Positions 1 to 14,320 of a stretch of DNA of 64,000 nucleotides are shown here, piece by piece. The stretch lies in NCBI RefSeq assembly GCF_006345805.1, contig NC_042999.1, positions 61,008,001 through 61,072,000 of the forward strand. The letters are read 5' to 3'. The position numbers and the translations under genes are program-made. Position 1 is the first letter of the stretch. Each line of letters opens with the position of its first letter. This DNA is from Octopus sinensis. Its lineage: Eukaryota. The notes under the pieces are model-generated. The model did not search any database. It had not been told where the DNA came from and saw only the letters and a list, made by a program, of their open reading frames with translations.

Positions 1-1269
1 AGTTATGCTATTAAATTCGACATGGCCTGGACCAATCTTTAGTCGAAACATATCTAAGTTTATCAAAGTTTATCTAATTTAATTATAAATTTAAAACTAC
101 AATTAATACTATTAAAACATGTATATACAAAAGCCTAACTTAATACACCTCGTATGCTTGCTATCAAATAACAAATCTATCGCTAAGTAGTATCTTACGA
201 ATAAACTTAAATTTAATATCTAATAATATAGAAAATTACGATCTAATTATCGTAATTTTATATTCTAACGTTTATTATTTTGGATATATTGAATATGCGA
301 AATCATTTCTACATAAGAACAAGGCCTGAAATTTTGGGAGAGGAGGCTAGTCGATTCCACAAACCCGAGGACTAAACTTCTATTTATTTCATCGAACCGG
401 GTAGGATAAAAGGCTAAGTCGATCTCGGCAGCGTGCTAGGATAAAGTGTGAGCTGGCAAAGCGCTGAGCTAGCCGAACCGTCAGCATACGGGGAAAAAAT
501 GTTTAGCAGCATTTTTCCGGTTTTACGTTGTGTTCACATCCCGCCAAGATTTTTGAAGTTGGAAGAAGTATGAGTGGAACACTTATGAGTACACATCTGT
601 TTAAATAAGGATAAACAATGACAATTATAGCGCCCAGTTGTATCAGTATAATAGCTTAAAGATGTTAACCTTAACTAAATTAGAATTAAAGCCCGGATAT
701 GTAACAATATAACATCTTAGAGATCTTAATCTTATTTCAATTGTCATAGATTGTTAGGAATGCTGGCTTCAATGCCATAAACTTCGAAGACAAAATATAT
801 CTAACAAACAAGACAATTGGAACATACTTGCAGACGAACACTGATACATATCAACCACGATGATGGATGACATGTAACGCACATACATAGGCAGCACGAA
901 CCTATGTATGTGTGTCTGTGATTTCTCTATGTATATAAACTGTAGTTATCACGATTTTAAGTACAAATTCGTGGTTAGCTGCGAGGGGCTACGTTTGTGT
1001 GTGAGCAGGGAAATATGTAAGCAAAATATATGCATACATTCTAAAATAGAATAGGAGAAAAAAGAAAATACATTCTCAGCAGTATTTCTTTCGCTGAGAA
1101 TATGTCATAGTGACAATAATTTTGTCAAATACCTAAAAGATAAGAAAGCAAATAATAACTAGATTCTGTCATTCAGTGCGTATGGAGATAATATCATTCT
1201 GGTTTTGACAGTATATACTCTATAACACATGTGAACAATTGTGTGAGTTCATGACTCCGACACTGCATG

Positions 1270-1273
1270 TATG

Positions 1274-1346
<73 letters not shown>

Positions 1347-1390
1347 ATCTATCTATCTATCTATCTATCTATATATATATATATATATAT

Positions 1391-1441
<51 letters not shown>

Positions 1442-1600
1442 ATATATATATTTATCTATCTATCTGTTTGTCTGTCTGTCTATATATCCCTGTGATGTGT
1501 CAGTCTCTATCTATCAATATATATGTGTGTATGTGTGTGCGTGTGTGTGTTTGTATGTGTGCATGTGTGTGTGTGCGTGTGTGTTTGCGTGGTTTGTGCG
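1270..1600. repeat. Compound microsatellite (TATC)n-(TA)n-(TG)n
   Basis: Directly visible tandem repeats; accounts for ORFs 1239..1607, 1271..1495 and 1468..1656. Confidence 0.95.
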
Positions 1601-2286
1601 TGCGTAGTTCTGACACCGACTTTCTTCATGTCAAAAAAAAGCGACATATGGTATGAATCAATTGATTTTGTCAGATTGTTTCCATTTGATAGTTAGAAAA
1701 TAAATAGAAAAATCTAATCATTCCTAATATTCGCTGAAACTACAAAGCAACTAGCTGTAAAAGCAAAAACGCCTGACAGATTTAAAAGGTCACAGCTACA
1801 TCTTTCTTAAACATTAGTCTCTTGCGCAAAGCAGGTGATCTCTTTCTCTGAGGGTATATTCTTAGGTTTTCTTCTTTTACATCTATCAGACATTTTGCAA
1901 TCTGCAATGATAAATTGCGAAGAATGACGTTATTATTTCATCAGAATAATTTTTTTAAATATTGAATTGGTGCTGTCTAATATTATATGGAAGAAACGGT
2001 GATAACCTATATCGTTTCCACACGGTAAAATATCCCGAGTTTATTGCCCGTGTATTATAATTGATTTCTCTAATAATTGAGGACCTTATATGACATACTT
2101 CCTTAAACACTACAGTCTACAGTCCCTCTTAAAAGTAATATACGCGATAAACGTACTGAAACAGATTTCGTGTCTATTGTAAATGGCAGGCAATTTGCAT
2201 GCAACAAAGATGAATTTCATTAGAAATGCAAGCATATACATAGCTAATAGATACCACATACACACACATACATACACATATGCATA

Positions 2287-2631
<345 letters not shown>

Positions 2632-3058
2632 AAGAGATACACACACGCACATATATACATATATATATATATATATAATATATATATATATGTGTGTGTG
2701 TGTATTGTGTATGTATGTGAGTGTTGGTGTGTGTGTATATGTGTGTGTATGTATGTGAATATGTGTGTGTTGGTGTGTATATATAAAGGAGCAGAATAAA
2801 ATTGGATATTCGATAACAGCATTTGTTTGTCGTATAAAATACATAATGTTTACACGTTATTTTGCAAGTGTGTACCAGTATGCTATGTACTAATCTTTAC
2901 GTAGACGATTACATAATCACTTCAATCTATTGCTGCTAATCAACATGAGCTCTTACGCAGAGCCATGCTGAGAGAATATGCATATATGAGCAAGATTATA
3001 CGCAATCAAAACCAAAGAGCTTAGAGAGTATTTGGAAGCATCCAATGAAATTAGGCCA

Positions 3059-4338
3059 TATTGTTGGGTGAGCAAGAAAGTAATTTCGGTTTTTCAGTGT
3101 GAAATAAAAGTCATTTTTCTCATACAAAGAATGAACTTTAATCCATTATATATTTTCCATTTTGTTTGATGACCTTTTGCCATCTTTCTGAGAACTTCAT
3201 GTTTCCACACTTATAGAACTTCTGGTCCTTATCAGCCAAAAGCTGAAGCAAGTGTGATTTCATATCATCATCTTTATTGAACGTGTTACCACTTAAAGAA
3301 TTTTGGAAGCTTCAAAGTAAACGGTAAACTGATGGTGCAAGATCAGTGCTATATGGCAAATGTGACATCACTTCCGAACCAAGCTCAAATAATTGTTCAC
3401 GAGTTAGCAACGACGTGTGTGGTCTAGCGTTGTCATGGTAGCACACGATTCCTTCCGATTTGCCAATTCTGGTCGTTTTTCCTTTGATCACTTCCTCGAG
3501 TTTCATTGGCTGTTGACAGTAAACATTTGAAGCGATCATTTGGCTCCTTGGAAGCAGCTCAAAATACATAACACCTTTGTAATCCCACCAAATTGACAGC
3601 ATGGCCTTTCTTTCATGCAATTCAGCTTTTGATGTGGTTTGTACTGGTTCATCACGCTTAGACCATGATCGTTTTCTATTGATGTTAATGTAAAAAATCC
3701 ATTTTTCATCATCAGTAATGATTCGTTTAAATAAAAGTTCGATTTCATAGCGTTTGAGATGCATATCGCAAAATATTGATTCGTTGTGTTAAGTGAATCT
3801 CTTTCAATTTATGTGGAACCCAAATATCGAGTCCAAGACATTTTAAGTGATTTTCGATTGTTGTGTGTGATACATTTAATATCTTTGCAATATCTCACAA
3901 AGTCATATGACAATCAGTTTCAATTGTGACTTTTATCCGGACATCATCAACTTCAGTAGGTCGACCAGAACTTTAGTCATATTTGAGTAAATCCAGAACG
4001 GAATTTTTAAAAGCATTTCTGACAGGTGCGTTCTGTTAAGCAATCAACACCGTAAACTTCACATATCTCTTTGTGAACCTCAGCAGCTTTCTCGCCTCGA
4101 CGGAAATTTAAAAAAAAGCAAATATATGGCGGAAATGTTCGTTTGTGCACTCAATGTTAAAATTGATACTGAACTAACAGCTGTAAAGAAAATTGCACAC
4201 AATTTACTTCTAAAATAAGCTAAAAGTAACAGGCTATCAAATGTCTAAAGGAGAACCTCATAACATTGATAAAAGTCATTCAAACAAAATCGTAGTTTTA
4301 TTTGCGAAAAACGAAAGTAGTTTCTTGCCAACCGAATA
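3059..4338 (-). mobile_element. Decayed full-length mariner (D,D34D-type) DNA transposon
   Basis: Imperfect Hsmar1-like TIRs (TA-TTGTTGGGTGAGCAAGAAAGTAATTTCGGTTTTTC at 3059; reverse complement TA-TTCGGTTGGCAAGAAACTACTTTCGTTTTTC ending at 4338), TA at both ends, ~1.28 kb. Transposase motifs on - strand: WVPH (3811-3822), TDDEKW, WWDYKG, HDNARPH, YSTDLAPS. Confidence 0.92.
3312..3764 (-). pseudogene. Mariner transposase catalytic-domain fragment
   Basis: ORF contains ITDDEKWIFY, LSIWWDYKGVMYFELLP, YHDNARPH and YSTDLAPS; the N-terminal part is in other frames (frameshifted). Confidence 0.9.
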
Positions 4339-4499
4339 ATTTATAATTTTAGCAATCTAGCGTCGTAGAATCGCTACAATTTGCGCAAAAGGCTTCAGCA
4401 ATAAAAGGCTACATGAACGCTCTTAGAATATATATTATTAAAAAGTCACCATTTTGAATATTTTACTCAATTCGTTTTTGTTGAAATGTACAGTCAAGT

Positions 4500-6050
4500 A
4501 TTTGACGCCAAATTAGATGCAAATATAAAAGACTATTGGAGAGGGATGAGGAACAACAGCACAATTATTTTAGTCCGATATGCTCGTAAAAGACAAGTAT
4601 CCAGGAAATCATTTATTCGGCTTGTTATATCATCTCGGATTCTACCCTTACATCAACTGCCATTAGATACTTATTATTTATTCAAACTACTGCTCTGAAT
4701 ATAGAGACGCAGACAATTAACGTGGCATATTCTGAATTCCATCTCATAAAGTTCTGTTCGCATTCACAACGCAATTAAATCAAATTACCTCCATTTACAC
4801 AGCAGCAAATTTGTTACTATTTCGTTTAAGCGATTGTACTGAAGCAGTGGTAATGTTCTCTTAGAAAGGGACATTAATCATTTACTCCGTACGTTGTAAA
4901 CTGAAGTTCGTTAAATAGATACAACATAATGGTATTTCGGGAAAATAATTTACATGTACTCAGAAGTAGCTAAATTTTGCCATTTCGTACACTTCAACCA
5001 TATAAGTCTATACATCATACCTTCAATTATTTTGACTAATAACATATGATGTTAGTTTCTTTTCTCTCTAGGATTGCATGTATTTACAACACGATTATTT
5101 ATGTGGAAGCAAAGTGTTTTTTTTTTTTATAATAGAACGTTCAGTTTCTGGTAATATATCATAGCACAGCTGAGAACTGTACATGATTAGACAATCGTTT
5201 AGTTATTCATTTCCGTAGTTCACGCATTCAAAGCTCTGTTGCCAATACAATCGACAATTCTCTAAACATCTCGATATACCTCATCTGTAACATCCAGAAA
5301 TTAAAGAAGCTTTATCTAAACATTCAAGGTTTAATATTTTAAGTAATATGCTAAGAAAAATTTATCATTTACTAAATTACTTATAGACCATTATATAATA
5401 AACTACATTATAATAAAATGCTTTTGAAAATCGATGCCAGTCCACTCCCTCTGTTATGTTCTCATTGTTCATCCAAAGGTCAGTGCTGATCGTGTAGCCT
5501 CTGATTGGAAGCGTTGCTTCTGTCACCAAATTTGTATGTTTGTAGATATCTTTTTTAGTTGGATCACCTAATCCAATGTATCGTTTCTTTAGTGAAGATA
5601 GTATGTTAAATACTTACACATTTACACATACAAGCAACGTCCCCTATATATAATTTAACCTTACGGTGCTTTATTTTACTGGAAAGCAATTCTATTGTAT
5701 TGAACTATTTAGTAATTTTTTCTTGAAAACTATTTCACTGTTCTCGGTTCTATTAACGGCTTTGCGTTCAGCCGCGTATACTGCCATTGATGTAGCAACA
5801 TTTGAAATTTTGTCTTGGTGAATCTAACTGAGGAGCGCTAATCAAATTTACGTCAACAAACGTATTTCAACAGTTGCAATCTTAGGTCCTAGATTATCAA
5901 CACCTGGGCTGTACGTTTATCTAATATTTTTCCTACAGATAAGATAATTCTGTTTTACGTTTGCCGCCCGCACACATCTTTGCCAGTATATATACAGCGA
6001 AGCTTTACTATAGCGTCGTATATTATCGACTGCTATTTCCAGTGCATATT
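4500..6050 (-). pseudogene. Possible highly decayed hAT-like transposase fossil
   Basis: Manual translation of the - strand gives GYTISTDLWMN (5473-5484 region, resembles hAT TTDLWT) and QNFMRWNSEY (4727-4744, resembles TRWNS). There are many stops and the motif spacing is longer than typical. Confidence 0.25.
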
Positions 6051-6773
6051 GGTCCATTATTGTACAAACTTTCTATATATATATGTATATGTATGTATCA
6101 TATTCTGATCTCTAATATGTAATGTGGAGGAATGATTATCAGCAGTAAATTGAGCTTATAGAAGCATTAAACAAGTGCTTCAAATGAAAAAAATCACACG
6201 TGGTGGATGTATATAACATCTATATATTAAACTTCGAGTAAAAATATTCATATTGCAGTTTGAAGAGAATGAGAAGCTTAAGCAAACAAGGAAAAGTGCA
6301 AAATATATCACGGTCTTATCAGAATTCTTCAGTGCACCATATTCTATTCAGTTGGTATATCTAAGTAAACATATAGAAAAATGCTAGGAGAAATTATTAA
6401 CTCTAATTAAGGATAACAAAGCATAACCGATACAGAATACCTCGAAAAGTTCCTCAGAAATCTAAAAGTATTGCAGAGTTTCATAATGAGCAATTAGCTA
6501 AATTTATCCGAGTATTTCGTTGACAGAAACTTCCTCTACAGGTATTGAAAAACCCAAAGCAACGAGCAACGGAGATATTCTTCGCTCAACAACTAGAAAC
6601 AATGTGACTTGTAAATAATATTATATAGAGAAATAAAGAAACACACACATACACAGATAGGCACGTACACACACACACACACTTACACAGACACAAACTC
6701 ACATACACATAAAAAAAGATAGCAAATGCACACGCAGGGATTTATAGACATACATATACACAGAAATAACTTT

Positions 6774-6777
6774 ATGT

Positions 6778-6808
<31 letters not shown>

Positions 6809-6898
6809 AATATATTTATATATATATATATATCTATATATATACGTATATATATATAATATATATATATATTATATATAATATATCTATATATATAC

Positions 6899-6962
<64 letters not shown>

Positions 6963-7282
6963 ATAGATGTATAGCAAGATATGCATTTAGATAAATATAT
7001 ATATATGTATATAGACACGGATATATGAATGTGTATGTATATGCAGCTATAGACTTCACATCAGACCATTATTAACTTGGTATAGTTTCCCTTTTTCTGA
7101 CAGAGAGACATCAGTAAAAGCAAAGCGTGTAGTAAAGTTCTAAAAGTATTTACTACAGGGAGGTTAATAGTTCCAAGAGATGCCAGAAAATGATTTATTT
7201 GCGTCAATGTTAAAAGTCTGTAGAAATCGATTCCTTATATCTACTGCTAACCAGCACAATAGTATTTTTTCATGTTTGAATA

Positions 7283-7338
<56 letters not shown>

Positions 7339-7463
7339 TACACACACACACACATATATATATATATACATATATATACGCATACATACATACATATATA
7401 TATAAATTGACAAGTATATATATATATATCACATATCAAATATATGTACGTATATGCATTGTG

Positions 7464-7543
<80 letters not shown>

Positions 7544-7562
7544 CCTATATCATCAATTTATA

Positions 7563-7596
<34 letters not shown>

Positions 7597-7640
7597 ATAT
7601 ATATATATGTATATATATATATATGTACAATACCTATCTA
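6774..7640. repeat. (TA)n/(CA)n/(TG)n microsatellite cluster
   Basis: Directly visible tandem dinucleotide tracts at about 6774-7020 and 7280-7640. Confidence 0.95.
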
Positions 7641-8146
7641 TAATTTATATATACAGCCATTTCATTCATATTTGCATGCATATATAAAAACGAAGAAGTT
7701 ATGAAAATTCAGAGAAGCAGATCATACAAACCCATTCACAATTAATGCATACACACGCATGTTGCACTTGTGTGAGCGTGTGTGTGAGTGAGGGACTGTG
7801 TGAGTGTGTGTATGTGTGTTTGTATGCGTGAGTGTATGTACATGCTGTTGTATATCTGTAGAAACTTCTGAATTATGTACATGCACAATTGTATATTTTC
7901 ATAAATATACACTTTATACAAATGCATCCACAGACGCACACACGCATACAGTGTGTGTGTGCGCGCGTGAGTGCATGCGTGTGTGTGTGTGTTTACATGT
8001 ATGTGTATTTATATTTGATTGCAAGTGATTATAAATTTTTATTTGTAACTTTTATGTTTCGTGTAGCAGATGCCAAACGGTGAACTTGCCAAATGCCAAA
8101 CTCGACAGAAAGCCTGTAACGTAACTGACATGTTTGTTATGTATAT

Positions 8147-8180
<34 letters not shown>

Positions 8181-9340
8181 CTTTTTCTCTGTTTTTATTG
8201 TTTTCATTATACATTTGCCTCCTTCCTACAATTCTTCCTACTTCAGAAATCAAAAGAAATCAAAAACAGGAGCAGCAGAGTCATTATTCTTCATTACCTT
8301 GATAAGATACTGCTATCCATTTTCGCTTTCAGATGTTCTTCACTGCAAGAAAATGTTTAAATAAACTTTCCTTTAGAACTTATTTTTTTACAAATAAATT
8401 TTATTAATATCGCTTAGAAAATGTATATAATTCATTGAGTTATTTCTAATAGAATTGTCTGTATGAACATTCTACAAAAAAATATTTGTTTAATTATATT
8501 ATTTCTGTATATTATATCGAGGTAAATTATGATATTTCTTGGTCTCACACCATTTCACGAAGCGACGTCGATATACATTTGGAATCATTTCAATTTATTT
8601 ATGTTCTTAAATAATAATAGGTAAAAAAAAATGTTAAACATGAAAATTGGATATAATAATTTACTGTTTCTGTGAGCAGTTCAGTCTTCAGTTTGATATC
8701 TATATAACAGGCATTTGTTTTCTAAAGAACTCAGTGAATGTAATGTTGTAAAACTAAATCTTCAATGAAGATAAGCAAGTAATAATTTATAGTTACTGCT
8801 CCCATTAGCATCGGAAAATTTTCGATAGGACTATAGACTGCAGACCAATTTACAGTATAGTTGTTGATTGCATTGCTGTTGTTGTTGTTGTTTTTCTTTT
8901 CCTTCATCTTCGTTTTCTGTTCCTCCTTTTGTCGCAGTTCAAACTCATGACAGTATTGAATGGGAAGACCTAGGAATAAAGGCACCACAACGATGAACTT
9001 CTACTCCTTAATCAGGCCCTACGTACATCAACTGTATCCTAACCTATATAGGTATGCACTCTAGGAAACCTTACTGCACTTTCTAGCAAGGTCTAACCAT
9101 CATGTTGGGACTCATTCGTTGACTGCTATCCACCAGTAGAAGAAATGTAAGACATTTTTATTTTCAGTTTGACATTTTTAAGGAAATAACTTTATCTTAC
9201 TATTGGTAAAATAATTACTATTGGTAAAATAACCAAACGTAATTTCCTTTTTCTAAAATCCTCATAGTGCTGTCAAAATATTTGTCATGCACATCCGCCA
9301 ATAAGCGTCGTGACTGAAAACAAAAAAAAAAAAAAGATCT

Positions 9341-9500
9341 CAGGAGTGGTTGTATGGTAAGCAGCTTGCTTACCAACCACATGGTTCCGGGTTCAGTCCC
9401 ACTGCGTGGCATCTTCGGCAAGTGATTTCTACTGCAGCTTCGGGCCGACCAAAGCCTTTTGAGTGGATTTGGTAGACGGAAACTGGAAGAACCCATCGTA

Positions 9501-9571
<71 letters not shown>

Positions 9572-9843
9572 TATGTATGTATGTATGTGTGTGTGTGTGT
9601 GTGTGCGTGTGTGTGTGTGTGAGTATGTGTGTGTCTGTGTTTGTCCCCCCAACATCGCATGACAACTGATGCTGGTGTGATTACGTCCCCGTAAATTAGC
9701 GGTTCGGCAAAAGAGACCGATATAATAAGTACTAGGCTTACAAAGAATAAGTCCTGGGGTTGATTTGCTCGACTAAAGGCGGTGTTCCAGCATGGCCACA
9801 GTCAAATGACTGAGACAAGTAAAAGTGTGAAAGAGTAAAAGAG
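9341..9843 (+). mobile_element. tRNA-headed SINE family A (internal microsatellite, CR1-type tail), near full length
   Basis: A/B-box-like head (GGAGTGGTTGTATGG...GGTTCAGTCCC), body GGCAAGTG...GACGGAAACT, internal (TA)n(TG)n, tail GGCGGTGTTCCAGCATGGCCACAGTCAAATGACTG..(TAAAAGAG)n. Homologous copies occur at six or more other positions. Confidence 0.85.
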
Positions 9844-9877
9844 ATTTATATTCGCTGGATTACCACTATTGGACGCA

Positions 9878-10075
9878 AGGCGGCCGAGCTGGCAGAATTG
9901 TTATCCTGCTGGGGAAAATGTTTAATGACATTTTGTTTGAGTTCAAATTCTGCCGAGGTTGACGTTGCTCTTCGTATTTTCAGGGGCTGATAAAATAAAT
10001 ACCAGCCGGGCATGAATCGATTTTATCAATTTACCCCTCCTTTGAACTTGCTGGCCTTGTGCCAATTTGAAAACG
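9878..10075 (+). mobile_element. tRNA-headed SINE family B, diverged copy
   Basis: AGGCGGCCGAGCTGGCAGAA head, GAGTTCAAATTCTGCCGAGGTTGAC B-box region; matches the reverse complement of the copies at 23421 and 26539. Confidence 0.75.
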
Positions 10076-10838
10076 TTATAACTACTGAATGCCTTAGTTA
10101 AATATCCTCTACGAGTCTCATACTCATAATACCATGATTTCAGTTCGAGGATTGGTCACTACAGTGCTTTCTTCAGCATATCACTTAATATCATGTCATT
10201 CTTCAGCATATGGCTTAATATCATGTCTACTGAGATGTGATTATTATTACCAGGGAAAAAAAACTGCTATATCCATTCCTCCTTTCATTATCCTTGAATT
10301 TCCGTTGGGTCAAGACTGGAGTGTGCAAAAGCGTGTATTTGTCTGCTCGGCTATGTATAATCACCTGAAACAATTAGCGAAAGCAGGTTAGATGTTGGCA
10401 AACCATTCTTACCCGCGAGTATGATTAACCATACTGTCAGTATAATGACTAATGTCATTATTTCTGCTTTGTATCAAAGTACGTGTATATTCGACACAAC
10501 GCTATTATGTGCATCTTTGTGTTGGAAACTTCCCAGTGCACTTTCTGAATCATATACATCTCAAATTATTTCTGAAAGGGATTAATTAGCTCATCAGTGC
10601 CTGCTAATGCAGATCCTATCCAACTGAGCATTGATATGGATCTTAATTAAATTACTCCAAGCCAGTAGTAAATGTCAGTATACATCGTTCCACCATGTGT
10701 TACACAACCTTCACGAAATACACCGTCTAATAACAAAGATAATATTTATTTTCTACATTTTAGAACGAAACTATTTGCATTTACTAGGATAAATTGCCAC
10801 AATGGCTCTATTTTTATTGTGCTTATTTAACTCCCCAA

Positions 10839-11058
10839 AGGTGGAAAACTGGCAGAACCATTAGCAGGGGGAACAAAATACTAAGTAGCATTTCTTCCAG
10901 CTTGACATTTATTGGTTCAAATTTCGCCGAGATCGATTTTGTCTTTCATCCTTTCGGGGTCGACAAAATAAGTAGCAGTTGAACACTGGTGTCGATATAA
11001 TCCACTAGTACCCTCCCAGACATTTTCAGGCTTTTGCCTAGTGTAGAAGCGATTATTT
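10839..11058 (+). mobile_element. SINE family B, diverged copy
   Basis: GGTTCAAATTTCGCCGAGATCGATTTTGTCTTTCATCCTTTCGGGGTCGAC core shared with the other family B copies. Confidence 0.7.
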
Positions 11059-11127
11059 AGCTCTCGAGTTTCCTCTAAATATATAAACTTATAGCCAATG
11101 GTATTTCAACAAGAATCATCCCATATC

Positions 11128-11335
11128 TACGCGGGGGTACGAAAAGTTCCTGACTTTAAACGTGTCACGAAAGGCCTGGTGGGAGGTCAACCTTCCGAGT
11201 TCTTTTACAGAACTTAGAAACCTTGAAGCAGCGCTGCAATGATTGTGTGAATCTGAGAGGAGAATACGTTGAATAAAAAAGCATAATTAACTGGTGCTCT
11301 TGTATCTTCTTTTACTGAAAGCCAAGAAATTATCA
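11128..11335. mobile_element. Mariner-derived MITE (decayed)
   Basis: Left end TACGCGGGGGTACGAAAAGTTCCTGACTTT; partial inverted right end AAAGCCAAGAAATT. A related TIR fragment TACGAGGGTGTAGTGAAAGTTCCTGGCTTT lies at about 29931-29960. Confidence 0.6.
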
Positions 11336-11399
11336 TAGATTATCTAGGACTATATTATCAAATAACGGTATCGTACGATTTGAGGAAGGTTTGTCAGCT

Positions 11400-11870
11400 A
11401 ATTCTAGCTGGCCAAGCGGTAACTTTGAGGCCTGAGATTGTGATAAGACTCACAATATATTACAATATATTATGAAAATCTCCAAGAGGAATGTGAAGAC
11501 GCAGGCTGGAAAGCGGAACATTTTCCTATCGAAGTCGGATGTAGAGGGTTTGTTGGACACAGCGTGAGACGACTGTGGTTGTCAATAGGCTTAACACATC
11601 ATAAAGTCAATACCACCATGACTGATATCCAATCTACAGTGGAGAAGGCTAGCCACTGGATTTGGTTAAAAAGAGACGATGAGCGATGGCTAAAAGTATA
11701 TTGAGTTCTTCATAACCAGCTGATCTAGCAAGCGGGCCTCATATCAGTGAGGGGAGGGCCGGTGCGCATTGATGCCGTCGAGAGGTAGGTCCCGAAATGG
11801 CGCGCATTCTCTCCTGATGACCCCATACACTTGCTAGCTTCCGGTATACGGAGCTTTTAACTGGTAGCAC
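11400..11870 (+). mobile_element. 3' fragment of an RLE-type non-LTR retrotransposon (HERO-like)
   Basis: Manual translation: TLRPEIVI (11422-11445, resembles RPDIV), then LQEECEDAGWKAEHFPIEVGCRGFVGHS...VEKASHWIWLKRDDERW..* (stop 11702-11704). EVGCRGF and ASHWIW motifs are typical of HERO-clade RLE domains. Confidence 0.65.
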
Positions 11871-12492
11871 TTGCATGTGCAAGTTGTTTGCAAGACAACA
11901 TATACAATGGATAAAATTCAGTGAGGAAGCTTTCACTTGTTCACTCAAGATGCTGAAATTAACAACTAAATTTCCTAAAGGTCACATTCTGTCATCAGGA
12001 TAAGTGCATATTAGATAAGCAATTGTATGTACCATTAAAAGTTAAGATAGTTATAGCAGGAAATTGATAGATCTTTGATCTACTAAATAAGAGTTAGTTT
12101 GGAGGTAAACAACAACACAACTATACTGTGGATACTTTGTATCCAGGTAAGGTAGTGAAACAATCTGTCTAAAACAGAAAATATATTGATTTATTCTCCG
12201 TTATCTTCATTCAAAGATAAAAAGAAATAAAAGTTTTGTTTTCTTCCCAAGAAGAATGATTATCATTGCAGTATATCTTTCTATAAATTTCATATGCTGT
12301 GAGCCGCAATATTTGATTTGGAGATTTACTTCGCAACTGGAATCATCAGATGACATCTTTCTCTTTATTAGTAACATAAATAGTGTCCTCAAAACAGACA
12401 TTTCTTCAGTTGTCTCTTTTCTCTTATGATTATGTCTTATGCTTATGTCTTATGTATACAATTTGTAACGTTATTTGATGTACATGTTTAGA

Positions 12493-12557
12493 TACCTATG
12501 ATCAAAGTATTGTACCTGTGACCATCCAATCTTTCTGTTATTGTTTCAGACACATTT
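12493..12557 (+). repeat. Short dispersed repeat, second copy at 16380-16445
   Basis: ATACCTATGATCAAAGTATTGTACCTGTGACCATCCA(A/G)TCTTTCTGTTATTGTTTCAGACA is near identical at both positions. Confidence 0.8.
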
Positions 12558-14320
12558 TAGCTAGGGCTGCATTATTTAATGTCTGCAATCATTTATCAAA
12601 CACTATTATTGCGTGTGGGTAGGTTTTTCAATTAGAAGAATTGGCTAATATTTCTAGTGTGGTGTCTCTCTAATTGACTTAGTTTCGCCTCTGGTTCAAT
12701 TGCTTGTTCCATGTCATCTACAAAACGAGATATGCATAGAAACGTCGCACAGCACACAGTGTCTCAAAGTAGCAGTTGCAAAATAAGTATTTCTTGACTC
12801 TGTGAAGAGTAATGAATATGCTAGATTATCTTTTAAGACTGAGAGTAAATATGGGTCCAAGCATTATGTAAAGCGGTGAAATCCAGTAGATGAGAGCCCC
12901 ACGAAAATAAAGACGAAATTTGTGCATGCTTGTCTGTCTACATCTACACCTACAGGACTTACATGTCTTACTTTCAATTTCTATAGACGATGAGGTTGCG
13001 AGCTGGAAGAATCATTAACACGTCGTTAGCCAATTCTTTGGCAACATTTCTTTCCGTTCAGAGTTCGTTTAAATTTCTTTACGTTCAGAGTTCGATTACC
13101 ACAAATATGAACTTTGCTTCCCATCTTTTTGGTTGATAAAATATCACTCCTAGTCCTAGTACTGATGCTGGTGTACTCAACTTACGCCCTTCCCTCCAGT
13201 TACCAGCTTTGTAATCAATATGAACGATATGCAATTGTCGAGTAATTCATGCATGAAATGTCATGCGTGTGATATCAGAGTTACGACATCATTCACATAA
13301 TTCCATAGTTGATAGGTCAATGATCTAATGTCATCACTGTGATATAATGTAATGTCATCACTGTGATGTCATTGCTGTGATATTACAGTTTGGGTAGCAG
13401 TGCTGGAGTGAAACTATAAAGCCTAAAATGTCTTAAATATTAATCAACACTAAATGTAACATCAAAAGTACTAATGATGTATTGACTGGCAACTGTTATG
13501 TTATTGCTAACTCATGTCCGGTCGGCTCCGAACGAGCATATGTAAATTGATCAATAGCATTTAAAGCAGGACCACCTTAAAATATTTCATCTATTTTATA
13601 CCATGGATAATACTAACTTTATGCCTCAGATTTATTTAAAATCTCGTGAGAGTATTATTTAAAGTGCACTTGCTTGCTATTTCTAGCACGGCGAGCAGCT
13701 TGTAAGAGACGGTCTCAAAAATATAGGTTAGTGAATAAAGGTGTTCATATGATGGACGATGTAAGAGACAAATATATTGATTTCTTACCTTGGCATGGAG
13801 CCTATTTTTGCAGGAGAATCATATATATGTCTGGATCGACTCATTATATGATTAGTTAAGATAGTGTTAACATATTGAATGTAATGAGCATCAACAATCA
13901 AATTACATGATTAGTAAGTGTGTTATCGACTCTGTACAGATGGAAAGAAAAATTCAATGATGGCGTCTTTCGAAGCCAGAAAATAAAATAATCGAACCAA
14001 ATGGCGTTAATGTTTCTGACACTCTACTACCTTAAGTAAATGAAAGGTAACAGTAAGTACAACAACAGCTCGGAATATAGACAAGCGGTCTCATATTAGG
14101 TAGCAGAGATAGAATCGATTAATTTGACTCTAATAAATCGGTTGCTATCTATATCTATGAAAAGATGGAGGCTAATTCGGCACAGTCAGATTTGGTCTCT
14201 GAACATGAAGAGATGTAACCAAAGATCACTAGACTTTGATCAGTCAACGACTAACCTAATGGTAACCCTCATCGTCACAATAATAATAACAATAATAATA
14301 ACAATAATAATAATAATAAT

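Noticed and set aside
11790-11840. Hammerhead in the HERO-like 3' UTR (GAAA ... CTGATGA)
   Set aside because: The bases flanking GAAA and CTGATGA (CCC and CCCC) cannot pair to form stem II, so there is no coherent fold.
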